Positions 9,673 through 18,936 of a DNA stretch of 64,000 nt are shown here, in pieces; the first letter of the stretch is position 1; every line of letters begins with the position of its first letter. The notes beneath the pieces were generated by a model. That model worked only from the letters and a program-made list of their open reading frames with translations, did not search any database and was not told where the DNA came from. This DNA comes from an uncultured bacterium (GTDB lineage: Bacteria > Zixibacteria > MSB-5A5 > CAIYYT01), in assembly GCA_963726455.1 (NCBI GenBank), contig CAVSCK010000004.1:64001-128000 (forward strand), written 5' to 3'. Made by a program: the position numbers and the translations under genes.

Positions 9673-11054
9673 TTGCTAAGGAACGGCAACATCATTTATC
9701 ACAGGACGAGATGAAACGCAGTTCTTCTCACGAGCGAGGTGTGTTCTGCGGATTTTCCGGGAAGCTGCCGGCCATGATCATCGCAGGTTTGTTCGCGATC
9801 GCGTTATTGGTGCAGACGGCGCCGGCGCAGAATGTCACTCCCGCCAAGAAGAGTGCGAGCGAACAGGCCATTGACAAGTACAAGGCGCAACTTGAGAAAT
9901 CGCCTAACAAGCCCGAACTCTGGCGGAAACTCGGCATCAGCTATTTTCAGGCCCAACGCAGCGACGAGGCGCTGACGGCTTTTGACAAGGCAAGCTCTCT
10001 GGACGCAAACGACGCGACCTCCGTTGTCTATCGTGGCATGATCAACGAGCAGAAGGGGAATCTGGATCAGGCGCTGAACTTGTATCGAAGTTACCTCGCT
10101 TTCAACAAACAGGATCGCCTGTCGCAGGAAATCAAGTACCGCGTGCGCTGGCTTGAAGACAACCAACTCAAGCAATTGGTCGATCAGGCGGTTGCCAACG
10201 AGAAGAAAGTTCAGATCGCCGACATTCCGAAGAACAGCATAGCGATAGTACGCTTCAACGTCGATTCCCTGTCATCACAACTCAGACCACTCGGGCGAGG
10301 ATTGGCGGAACTGATTTACACTGATCTTTCGTACGTCCCAGAACTCAAACTCGTCGAGCGTTTGGAACTGGCGCGCCTGCAACAGGAACTTGATCTCAAC
10401 CAGTCGCAGTTCTCAGACAAGCTTTACGCTCCCCGGCTAGGCAAGATAGTCGGCGCAGCCAAGATCGTTACCGGACAAGTGAGCGAATTGGATGCTGAAC
10501 GGATCGGTGTTGATTGCGGAATTGTCGATGTCGGCCCCGGGCTGTCGGAATATCCTGGCCGCCAGGAAGGCAAGATGGCCAGTATCTTCGCGATGGAGAA
10601 GAATCTGGCGCTATCGATTATCAAGACCCTTGGTTACGAAATCACACCGGCGATCAAGAACCAAATCGACAAATCGCCCACAGAATCATTCCTGGCGCTG
10701 CTGGCTTATTCGCGAGGACTGGATTACGCCGATCAGGGGCTCTATCCATTAGCGGCAGAAGAATTCAAAGCCGCGCTGGTAGATGATCCGGGTTTTGCCG
10801 CGGCGAAGCAGCAACTCAATCAGGTTTCGGGCCTGGCGAATTATAACGGTACTCTGAAACCAATCGCTCAGATAACGGGGCTCATGGATCAGAAGAATGC
10901 GACGGACGATCTCAAGGTGAACAACATGGCTGAGATCATCGGGCGTCTCCAGAATGTGACACGCGGGGTTATCCCTCCGGGGGATGTACCATACCTGACG
11001 CCGCAAGAATCCCGGGGCAGAGTGATAGTCACCGGAAGGACGGAACCCCAATGA
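9669..11054 (+). CDS. Exported TPR + CsgG/HfaB-like domain protein (true start may be later)
   Basis: ATGA overlap with previous gene; several TPRs; IAIVRF...LKLVERLELARLQQELDL...RLGKIVGAAKIVTG. Confidence 0.8.
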   Translation: MIAKERQHHLSQDEMKRSSSHERGVFCGFSGKLPAMIIAGLFAIALLVQTAPAQNVTPAKKSASEQAIDKYKAQLEKSPNKPELWRKLGISYFQAQRSDEALTAFDKASSLDANDATSVVYRGMINEQKGNLDQALNLYRSYLAFNKQDRLSQEIKYRVRWLEDNQLKQLVDQAVANEKKVQIADIPKNSIAIVRFNVDSLSSQLRPLGRGLAELIYTDLSYVPELKLVERLELARLQQELDLNQSQFSDKLYAPRLGKIVGAAKIVTGQVSELDAERIGVDCGIVDVGPGLSEYPGRQEGKMASIFAMEKNLALSIIKTLGYEITPAIKNQIDKSPTESFLALLAYSRGLDYADQGLYPLAAEEFKAALVDDPGFAAAKQQLNQVSGLANYNGTLKPIAQITGLMDQKNATDDLKVNNMAEIIGRLQNVTRGVIPPGDVPYLTPQESRGRVIVTGRTEPQ

Positions 11055-12208
11055 TGCGGTCACCGGCTGTCATACTCATGACCGTGGTCTTCGCATTGGC
11101 CGCGTTTGATGGTGCTTCAGCGCAGATCATCTACGGCACGCCTGCGAGTTTCAGTGATCAAATCATATATCAAAACTGGAAATTGACCGCCGGTTCCGGA
11201 GGAAAAGATACTACGGTCTCACAGATCGTGATGCCGTTGAGAGTCTATGTGCCGATTGCCCCGCACTGGGAAATGCACTTCAACGGCGCTGTCAGCAACT
11301 CGAAACTAAACAATGCACGGACTTCCACGAGTGTTTCATCTGCCGGCCTTTCGACGGTACAGGTTTATCGCGCTTTCGCGAAGGACCGCCTTTATGCAGC
11401 CGCCGGGTTGGTGCTTCCGACGGGAAAGACCGGGTACGATACGTTGCAGCTTCCCGTGGCGCAAATCATCGCCAATGACTATCTCAACATCCCGCTGAAG
11501 CAACTTGGCGGCGGATTCGGAATGACAATTCAGACCGGCGGTGCTACGCAATACAACTGGCTCCTGTATGGGGGCTCGGTCGGATACACATACACGGGCA
11601 GCTATACATATCTGTCCGGCGGTGACAAATATAATCCAGGTGATGAGATAGTTGTTCAGGGTTCGGCCACCGCCGTCGGCAGAGTAACCAGTCTCGATGT
11701 GGATGTGTCCTACAAATACTACACGGCCGACAAGGTCGGTTCGAATCAGATTTTCAAAGCCGGTGGTGTGGCCAGCGTGGTCATGACCGGCAGGTACGAT
11801 TTTGGTGTCGGCCGAGCCAGTCTGTCGTTAGCAGAAATAGTGCGCAGCAAGAACTCGCTACAATTTGGAAACGCGCTGCGAGCCGACAGCGCCAAGGCCA
11901 ACGGAAACAAGTCAATTGTGGCGGGTACCATCAGCTACGAGTTCGTACCGCAGTGGAGTTTTTCACTGCTGGCTGATTATCGCTTGCTGGCTGCCAACGG
12001 ATATCGCACGACGTCGGAGAAGTACTTCGGCAAGTCGGATTTGTTCAGTTTCGGCGGCGGCTTGGAATACCACGACGCGAGCGACCGATTCTCATTGACG
12101 GGCAAAGCGGTCTACAGCACCGGTGAGGCGAACAAGGACAATGTTAACAGCAGCAGTATCTCGATCTCTGGCTTCGAATTTTCGGTGGGAGGCAGGGTAC
12201 GACTGTGA
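11051..12208 (+). CDS. Putative outer-membrane beta-barrel protein
   Basis: Signal peptide; alternating amphipathic Tyr/Gly-rich strands; ends FSVGGRVRL. Confidence 0.7.
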   Translation: MMRSPAVILMTVVFALAAFDGASAQIIYGTPASFSDQIIYQNWKLTAGSGGKDTTVSQIVMPLRVYVPIAPHWEMHFNGAVSNSKLNNARTSTSVSSAGLSTVQVYRAFAKDRLYAAAGLVLPTGKTGYDTLQLPVAQIIANDYLNIPLKQLGGGFGMTIQTGGATQYNWLLYGGSVGYTYTGSYTYLSGGDKYNPGDEIVVQGSATAVGRVTSLDVDVSYKYYTADKVGSNQIFKAGGVASVVMTGRYDFGVGRASLSLAEIVRSKNSLQFGNALRADSAKANGNKSIVAGTISYEFVPQWSFSLLADYRLLAANGYRTTSEKYFGKSDLFSFGGGLEYHDASDRFSLTGKAVYSTGEANKDNVNSSSISISGFEFSVGGRVRL

Positions 12209-13017
12209 GTCGAATCGCGAAATTCATAGGTCTGTCAGCAATTGCGGCGATCATCGTTGTCGGTGGCTGCGCCACGAAACCGGTCGCACCTGCAAATGGC
12301 CAGCAGGTCGCGATTTCAACGTCCCTGAAGCAACTTGGAGTCGGCAGCGAAGTCTCGCGCGTGTCTCTGACGGTCAGGGGAAGTGATTTTCCAAGCGCCA
12401 GCCAGGATTTGACTCTGACAAACGGCGCGGTGCGCGCCGAAATTGATGTGCCGTTTGGAACGAACAGGATATTCGAACTGACCGCTTATGACGGCGAGAC
12501 CGTGCTTTACTTCGGGGCGGACACGGCTGATGTCAGTGCCGGAGTGGTGACGGAAGTTTTCGTCTACCTGCGGCCACAAGTTCCGATGATCAAGATCAGC
12601 CCTTTATACAGCAGCAGAAACAATCCCGGACTCAATGGTACTTTCAATGTCGAAGTTCACAATATTGACTCCCTGTTTGGCATTTCGTTCCGGCTGGAGG
12701 TCGATACTTCGATTATCCAGTTCACCAGTGCCGAGGCGGGCGATTTCCTTGGCAGCGCCGAGAACACCTTATTCTTCGTGCAGACATACCCGCAGTACCT
12801 TGCCGTTGGCTATACGCTCAGAGGCAATCGCGAACCACAAGGAGTGAGCGGATCGGGCACGGTGGCCAATGTGTTTTATAATGCCAGAAGAGTTGGGAGG
12901 ACCGCCGTGACGATCAATCCCGCCTACTTGAGGTTGATTGATTGGCAGGGCAACCCGCTGCCGCGCCAGGGCCGGATATATATCGAGAGTGGGGAGGTGG
13001 AAGTCCTTGCGCAATAA
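12205..13017 (+). CDS. Lipoprotein with C-terminal cohesin-like domain
   Basis: Lipobox VVGG-C; FNVEVHNIDSLFGISFRLEVDTSIIQFTSAEAGDFLG...GVSGSGTVANVFY matches the cohesin pattern. Confidence 0.75.
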   Translation: MSRIAKFIGLSAIAAIIVVGGCATKPVAPANGQQVAISTSLKQLGVGSEVSRVSLTVRGSDFPSASQDLTLTNGAVRAEIDVPFGTNRIFELTAYDGETVLYFGADTADVSAGVVTEVFVYLRPQVPMIKISPLYSSRNNPGLNGTFNVEVHNIDSLFGISFRLEVDTSIIQFTSAEAGDFLGSAENTLFFVQTYPQYLAVGYTLRGNREPQGVSGSGTVANVFYNARRVGRTAVTINPAYLRLIDWQGNPLPRQGRIYIESGEVEVLAQ

Positions 13018-16000
13018 TTGGAGATTAACAGGACTGCTGTTTTTGTGTCTTGCCGTGTCGAGTGTACCGGTTGCACAGGGGAGGATCTTCTGGGTCGCCA
13101 ACGGTGGCTCCAATACCAACCCGGGTACTGAGCTACTCCCTCTAGCGACAATCAGTCACGCGGTATCAACCATTTCTCCGGGCGGCGGAATCGACACTGT
13201 GACGGTGAAGCCGGGACTATATTCTGATTCGGTAACGTTTGGCACACTTGCAGTAGTACTGATGAGCTCCAAAGGTGCCAAGGAGACAGTGATCAACGGC
13301 GCAAATCATAACGTTCCGGTTGTCTTCAATGCCGGTACACCGACGTCAACATCGTTGAACGGCTTCACGGTCAGAGGTGGAAAGGTGTCGGGCATCGCAG
13401 TGGTTGGCACTTTCTTTCCAGCCACGAATGGCACAACCCCGTCATCGCCCGAAATCAAGAATTGCATCATTCGCCGGAACGGTGGCAAATCGGCCTTCAA
13501 CGGCGCCGGAATATCACTGCGCTATTCGCAGGCCAGTTTGCACAACAATCTGATTGATTCCAACTATTCCATGAACAATGGCGCCGGAATCCATTCTTAC
13601 TATAGCGCACCGAAAATCTGGAGCAATCGTATCGAAAATAATGCCGTCACCAGCGAAGGCGGAGGCGGCGGAATGTATATCGTTGGGTTGATCGATACCC
13701 TGGCGAAGACGTTGATTCAGAACAATCTGTTCATTCGAAACCGCGCGGTCAATTACGGCGGAGGAATAGCAGTTAATGCCGACAGCGTATATTTCCTCAA
13801 CAATCTGGTGTATGGCAATTCCATCACAACCCCCAGTTACAGCGGCGGGATTCAGATCGACTATAGCACGATAGTGCTCCGCAACAATATCATAGCGGGT
13901 AACAACCCCTATGGCGTCGAATGTTATGGCGGCCCCATTTTTGAAAACAACAGCTTCTACGGCAATCTTCCGGCTGACCAACTGTCGATAATGTGTTATC
14001 TCGACAACACCAACCGTATCGGGATCAACCCAACGTTCGTCGATACTCTAGCAGGGGATTTTCACCTTAAGCAGACTTCGCCTTTGATTCACGCCGGATC
14101 GCCGAAAATTACAGAGGGAGTGAATGTTGATTTCGATGGTTTTCCGCGAGCAACGGCGGGGCAGATTGATATTGGACCTTACGAACAAACGATATGTGAT
14201 ATGATACCCGGCTTCTCGGCGCCGGCTTCAGCTTGTACCGGCCAGAAGGTAACACTGGGGAACACGTCTGCCGGTCACTATACCATGGCGATCTGGGATT
14301 TTGGCAACTCTGTCGTTGATACATTTATGAATGTCGATCCAACCCAACCGCCGATTTCGCCTACCATCGTATACCCGACTCCGGGCGACTACGCTCTTAA
14401 GCTCAAGCTCATCTGTCCCTATGACACTGCTGTCACGCTGGCAAGGACAATTGCGATTGTCAACAAACCGGTACCGGGATTCACCGTCGACACAAGTCAG
14501 GGATGTTCGCCATTGACAGTGCAGTTCATCAACACTACCACCGGTCTGGAGCACACCGATACCTGGTACTTCGGCGATGGCATGACATCAACAGAAGTTA
14601 ACCCGTTACACATTTATGCCGAGGCGGGGATATTCACTGCGAAACTCGTGTCAGCAAATACCTGCGGTATAGATTCAGTCCAGCATACCATTACTGTTCA
14701 AACGGGATCGCGAGCGACAATTGCCGCTGATATCACGCGCGGCAGCCCGGTCCTGACAGTTACGTTCACCGGCAGTGCGACCAACAGCCCGACCGGATGG
14801 CTGTGGAATTTCGGAGACGGAGGCACGGCGACGACGCAGGTTGCCTCTCACAACTATCAGGATGCAGGTATCTTTGACGTTAGCCTGGCGGCAACAAACG
14901 CCTGTGGGACGGGAACTCCGGAAGTGCGCACCGGCTTGATAACGGTGTATGGATTTATCCTGAATCAGGCATCTTTCGACACCACCAACCGTTTCCAGCA
15001 GAAATTCACGGCGAAAATTGACTCATTGTATGGCTTCTTCAACCGCAATATCAATTTCACGGCGACGACCTCGCCGCCACCGACTCGGGGATCGATTGGT
15101 GTGACACTTAATCGCACTACCGCCAGTTTGCTGGACAGCGTCACTGCGACCGTCAGTCTGAGCCGTGATGTTCCCTCATCATCTTTCTACACCCTGCGGC
15201 TGATTGGACAGTCGGTGTCCAACCGTCCCGTTGATACGCTTTTCTGGCGATTCAACTCACACCCCGACACGTTGATCAAACTGTCGGCAGGAGCTATTGT
15301 TTTCGACTCAGTTCAGGTCGATACCTTTGCGATCGATTCTGTCAAGATCACCAATACATCGGGAATCCAGAATCCGTTGAATCTCCGGGTGCTGGACGTT
15401 ACCAGCAGTGATCCCGTTTTTGTGCCGCTTGATACAGTTTCGGGAATCCTGCAGCCGAATGCGACGTTCTATGTCCACGTAAAATTTAGACCGTCGGCGG
15501 TCGGAGACAAATCGGGATTCCTGACGATTACCTCCGACGATCCGGCTCTGCCGAGTTTACTAGTGACGCTAAATGGGAAGGCAATACCCGAGCGTAAGCC
15601 ACCTTTGGTGTTGGCGACAGTGCCGGAGAGCAACGCGAATGCTGCTTTGATCGGAACGCCAATCGAGTTCGATATGTCGGATCAGATGGACCCGACCTCC
15701 GTCGTATCCGGCTCCGTGGTTGTGCATTCACGCCATGTAAACGCCGACCTGCTCGGTTCCGTGCGGTTGACGGGACAAACCAGAATTATATTCGTACCGC
15801 AACAGCGATTCCCCGGCTACGACACAATCAGTGTCAGACTGCTGGGCACTGTCCGGGACCTGGCAGGAAATACTCTTGATGCCAACGGTGACGGCAGGGG
15901 AGACGGTTCGCCGGCGGACGATTACATTTTCTCGTTCTTTACCGGACCGGCAGTTTTCCCGGGTGACTGCAACAATGACGGCGCTGTGAATGAAATGGAC

Positions 16001-16630
16001 GTTCTGCCGCTCGGAGTATTTTTCGGCGTGTACGGACCGCGACGCGATAGTCTTGGAGAAGAGACCGGCTGGGGGCCGAAACAGGCGGTTGAATGGAGTG
16101 ACAAGAGGGCCACGTATGCCGACGCTGACGGCAATGGCACCGTTAACGCCGAAGATCTGCTGATCATTGCTCTCAACTGGGGTGGTTCGCATTCCCCAAG
16201 CAGGCCTCTGTATCCGGACGATTTTGACTATCGCCTCTATGCGGATGGTCTGGCGAAGCTGGCAGCCACAGTTAAGCACATGGCTGGCACTCCGGCTGGC
16301 GATAATATTGTGCGAATCCTGAATACGTATACATCTTCGACTCAGATTCCCGAGCAGTATCAGTTATCGCAGAATCAGCCCAATCCGTTTAATCCGGTGA
16401 CCGTGATCGAATATTCTCTGCCGAAGGGCGGCGAAGTGAACCTGAGCATTTACAACATCCTCGGCCAAACAGTTAATGTGTTAGTTGATGAGTACAGGGA
16501 CGCCGGATATTACCGTGCAACGTGGGATGGCAGGGACCAATTTGGCAAAGAGATAGCGTCGGGAGTTTACTTCTACAAATTGACTGCAGATAGCTTCTCA
16601 CAAATCCGCAAGATGATCAAACTGCGGTAA
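13007..16630 (+). CDS. Large secreted protein: right-handed beta-helix, 3 PKD, ASH/Ig-like, Big_5-like, atypical dockerin, T9SS type-A/FlgD-like CTD
   Basis: GGAGG RBS then in-frame TTG at 13007 giving a signal peptide; GGG/N-rich beta-helix repeats; WDFGN, WYFGDG, WNFGDG PKD motifs; GDCNNDGAVNEMD / ADADGNGTVNAED; QNQPNPFNP...SGVYFYKL..RKMIKLR. Confidence 0.85.
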   Translation: MRNNWRLTGLLFLCLAVSSVPVAQGRIFWVANGGSNTNPGTELLPLATISHAVSTISPGGGIDTVTVKPGLYSDSVTFGTLAVVLMSSKGAKETVINGANHNVPVVFNAGTPTSTSLNGFTVRGGKVSGIAVVGTFFPATNGTTPSSPEIKNCIIRRNGGKSAFNGAGISLRYSQASLHNNLIDSNYSMNNGAGIHSYYSAPKIWSNRIENNAVTSEGGGGGMYIVGLIDTLAKTLIQNNLFIRNRAVNYGGGIAVNADSVYFLNNLVYGNSITTPSYSGGIQIDYSTIVLRNNIIAGNNPYGVECYGGPIFENNSFYGNLPADQLSIMCYLDNTNRIGINPTFVDTLAGDFHLKQTSPLIHAGSPKITEGVNVDFDGFPRATAGQIDIGPYEQTICDMIPGFSAPASACTGQKVTLGNTSAGHYTMAIWDFGNSVVDTFMNVDPTQPPISPTIVYPTPGDYALKLKLICPYDTAVTLARTIAIVNKPVPGFTVDTSQGCSPLTVQFINTTTGLEHTDTWYFGDGMTSTEVNPLHIYAEAGIFTAKLVSANTCGIDSVQHTITVQTGSRATIAADITRGSPVLTVTFTGSATNSPTGWLWNFGDGGTATTQVASHNYQDAGIFDVSLAATNACGTGTPEVRTGLITVYGFILNQASFDTTNRFQQKFTAKIDSLYGFFNRNINFTATTSPPPTRGSIGVTLNRTTASLLDSVTATVSLSRDVPSSSFYTLRLIGQSVSNRPVDTLFWRFNSHPDTLIKLSAGAIVFDSVQVDTFAIDSVKITNTSGIQNPLNLRVLDVTSSDPVFVPLDTVSGILQPNATFYVHVKFRPSAVGDKSGFLTITSDDPALPSLLVTLNGKAIPERKPPLVLATVPESNANAALIGTPIEFDMSDQMDPTSVVSGSVVVHSRHVNADLLGSVRLTGQTRIIFVPQQRFPGYDTISVRLLGTVRDLAGNTLDANGDGRGDGSPADDYIFSFFTGPAVFPGDCNNDGAVNEMDVLPLGVFFGVYGPRRDSLGEETGWGPKQAVEWSDKRATYADADGNGTVNAEDLLIIALNWGGSHSPSRPLYPDDFDYRLYADGLAKLAATVKHMAGTPAGDNIVRILNTYTSSTQIPEQYQLSQNQPNPFNPVTVIEYSLPKGGEVNLSIYNILGQTVNVLVDEYRDAGYYRATWDGRDQFGKEIASGVYFYKLTADSFSQIRKMIKLR

Positions 16631-16689
16631 AATTCGATCTAGAAGCTAATCGTCATTTCGCGTAAGTTCATATCACATCTAAATTTTAG

Positions 16690-16719
16690 TTGACAGGATT
16701 GCCTCCGGATAGGTATACT
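16690..16719 (+). promoter_or_regulatory. Putative sigma70 promoter of the zinc-ribbon gene
   Basis: TTGACA-N18-TATACT. Confidence 0.6.
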
Positions 16720-16850
16720 TGGCTATCGGAATAAGTTCTTTCTGGGCGCAGAAGAACAGTGCACTAAGCTGACCAACCCGAACGAATGGAGCCATGTCGC
16801 TACTTAACGAAGCGTAAATCGTTAATCCATAAACCCGGATGGGGGGATTT

Positions 16851-17132
16851 ATGGAGGTCATCTTCAAAGACAAGATTCTGATCTGCGTCGAGTGCAAGGA
16901 AGAGTTTGTGTTCACTGCCAGCGCCCAAGAATATTTTGCGGAGAAAGGATACACGGAAGATCCAAAACGATGTAAGTCGTGCTACACGGATTTGAAGAAA
17001 GCCAAACGGCGCAGTGAACGGGAGACGCCCACGCGTGGCCATCTCGAAGCTGGGTTGCCGGGAGCGGAATTCAGTATCCCGGAAGGCGACGACTCGATCG
17101 GTAATTCCGCAAGAGATTCTGATTTCAAATGA
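16851..17132 (+). CDS. Zinc-ribbon domain protein (zf-trcl-like)
   Basis: DKILICVECKEEFVFTASAQEYFAEKGYTEDPKRCKSC. Confidence 0.85.
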   Translation: MEVIFKDKILICVECKEEFVFTASAQEYFAEKGYTEDPKRCKSCYTDLKKAKRRSERETPTRGHLEAGLPGAEFSIPEGDDSIGNSARDSDFK

Positions 17133-17133
17133 C

Positions 17134-17162
17134 GGGGTCCTGCAGGAGCATCGCAGGCCCCC
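17134..17162. terminator. GC-rich hairpin between convergent genes
   Basis: GGGGTCCTGC...GCAGGCCCCC inverted repeat; no strong U-tract. Confidence 0.4.
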
Positions 17163-17181
17163 ATCCTAATTAGCGATCCTA

Positions 17182-18936
17182 CTACTTTAGCAGTAGCATC
17201 TTACGGGTTAGCGAGACCTCCTGCGTTAACAGTCTGTAGAAGTATATCCCGGACGGAAGAGAAGCGCCGTTGCGCGTGCGGGTCGACCAGACAAATTCGT
17301 GCCGCCCGGCCGGAAGCTCGTCATCAAACAGCTCTTCAACTTCTTCGCCCAGCACGTTGTAAACCGACAGATTGACATGTCCCGTGTGCGGTAATCCGAA
17401 ACTGATCACGGTCTCCGGATTGAACGGATTGGGAAAGTTCTGATCCAGTTCATAGCTTTTCGGTATGCTGTTCGCGAAATTGTAATCGTTGACGTCTGCC
17501 GCCAAAGAGACGGTCAAGTCCGCAGTCATTGTGTCTCTGCTGCCCGAAATGTTCCCGACTGCCACCAGCGTGCCGTTGCCCAGATAATCATCCGACGAAG
17601 GCCCGGTTACTCCGGAGAAGGACATTTTGGCGGTTGACCCGGGAAAGGGGTCTCCACTGTTGCCGTAGTCGAAATTCTTTTCGAGGAAATAGAGGTTGTC
17701 CGCCTGCTCCAATGCCACGAGATAGTGGCCGGTCAGAGTGTGGCCGGGATACCATTCATTATCGTTACCGGTTTCGCCCGGCACACTTTCATCGACATGC
17801 CAGATCAGCAGGCCGTCATTGGGCAGATAAGTATCGTAACCGCTGCGCTGGCGATTCTCGATCAGGAAATATTGATCGCCGATCGTTCCGTTGGTCCAGA
17901 GGCGGAATATCGAACCGGAGCTATTGCTTTCGACGTCGAGTATTGACTGTGCTGTCACGTTACCGACGACATTGCTTGCCGACGCGAATCCCGACTGCAC
18001 GCGACACCAGGCGTCCGGTTCGGCCGGCGAACCACCCATGCCGCCCGGACCGTTCCAGGAACCGCCCGCCATTAGCGACCACTTGCCAAGCCCTCGGGAA
18101 GAGTAATCGGTGTCATACAGGTCCGGCAGTCCCAGCAGCAAGTGCCCTATTTCGTGCACGAACACGCCCAGCGTGATGTCGCCGGGAGTCGACCAGTATT
18201 CCGGCATCATGCTGTAACCCCAAACAAATTTGCCGTCCTTTGTCATCGGACTGCGTGTGCACCACTGGTGCGACCAAATCAGGTTGGGATCACCGCCGGC
18301 AAATTCGGCGCCCGGGCCGGTGTGAACTATTACCACGCCGTCGACGTAACCGTCGCCGTCGTTGTCGTAATTCGCAAAATTCACGACCGGATCGATCAAG
18401 TTGATAACGTCTTCGGCCAGCTTCTGCGCGTTCTGCGGGTATGACGAATAGCTAAGCCCGTTTTCGCCGTTGCAGTAGTATGCATACGTCTGCGGCGCTG
18501 CCAGCCAGCCGATGGTGGAAGGCAGATTGACCGTTACGATATCGAAAGTGTTATAAGATACTTCGTTGTAATAGTGGCGTACGGAGCCGACTTGATTTAC
18601 GAACATCAACGTATCAAAGGCACCCGGCTCAACGCTCTGAGTCTTGTCGGAAAACTCCACAAGCACACAGAGCACGTTGCGAGTCGTGGTCGTTTGGCCT
18701 GCTTTGTGCAGCCCCTGGCTGATTGGCAGTCGGCTCGGCGAGTCCACTCCGTGGCTCAGTATTTCAGCGCGATGAGAAAGGGCATAGGGCGCCGCAATCT
18801 TCCCGGAGGCGATCGCATCAATCACATCCGGATGAGGAGGCATGGCAGCCACCTTTGCGCTCAGAACCAGAAGAACAATTATTCCCAAAGCCCCTAAGAG
18901 AGTACATGTGCGCTTTCTCACCTGAACCTCCTTCAA
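17182..18936 (-). CDS. M6-family (immune inhibitor A-like) metalloprotease with T9SS type-A/FlgD-like CTD
   Basis: Signal peptide then AMPP; YDNDGDGYVD; IWSHQW; HEIGHLLLGLPDLYD; WSLMAGGSWNG; QNFPNPFNP...SGIYFYRL. Confidence 0.9.
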   Translation of the reverse strand: MKEVQVRKRTCTLLGALGIIVLLVLSAKVAAMPPHPDVIDAIASGKIAAPYALSHRAEILSHGVDSPSRLPISQGLHKAGQTTTTRNVLCVLVEFSDKTQSVEPGAFDTLMFVNQVGSVRHYYNEVSYNTFDIVTVNLPSTIGWLAAPQTYAYYCNGENGLSYSSYPQNAQKLAEDVINLIDPVVNFANYDNDGDGYVDGVVIVHTGPGAEFAGGDPNLIWSHQWCTRSPMTKDGKFVWGYSMMPEYWSTPGDITLGVFVHEIGHLLLGLPDLYDTDYSSRGLGKWSLMAGGSWNGPGGMGGSPAEPDAWCRVQSGFASASNVVGNVTAQSILDVESNSSGSIFRLWTNGTIGDQYFLIENRQRSGYDTYLPNDGLLIWHVDESVPGETGNDNEWYPGHTLTGHYLVALEQADNLYFLEKNFDYGNSGDPFPGSTAKMSFSGVTGPSSDDYLGNGTLVAVGNISGSRDTMTADLTVSLAADVNDYNFANSIPKSYELDQNFPNPFNPETVISFGLPHTGHVNLSVYNVLGEEVEELFDDELPAGRHEFVWSTRTRNGASLPSGIYFYRLLTQEVSLTRKMLLLK

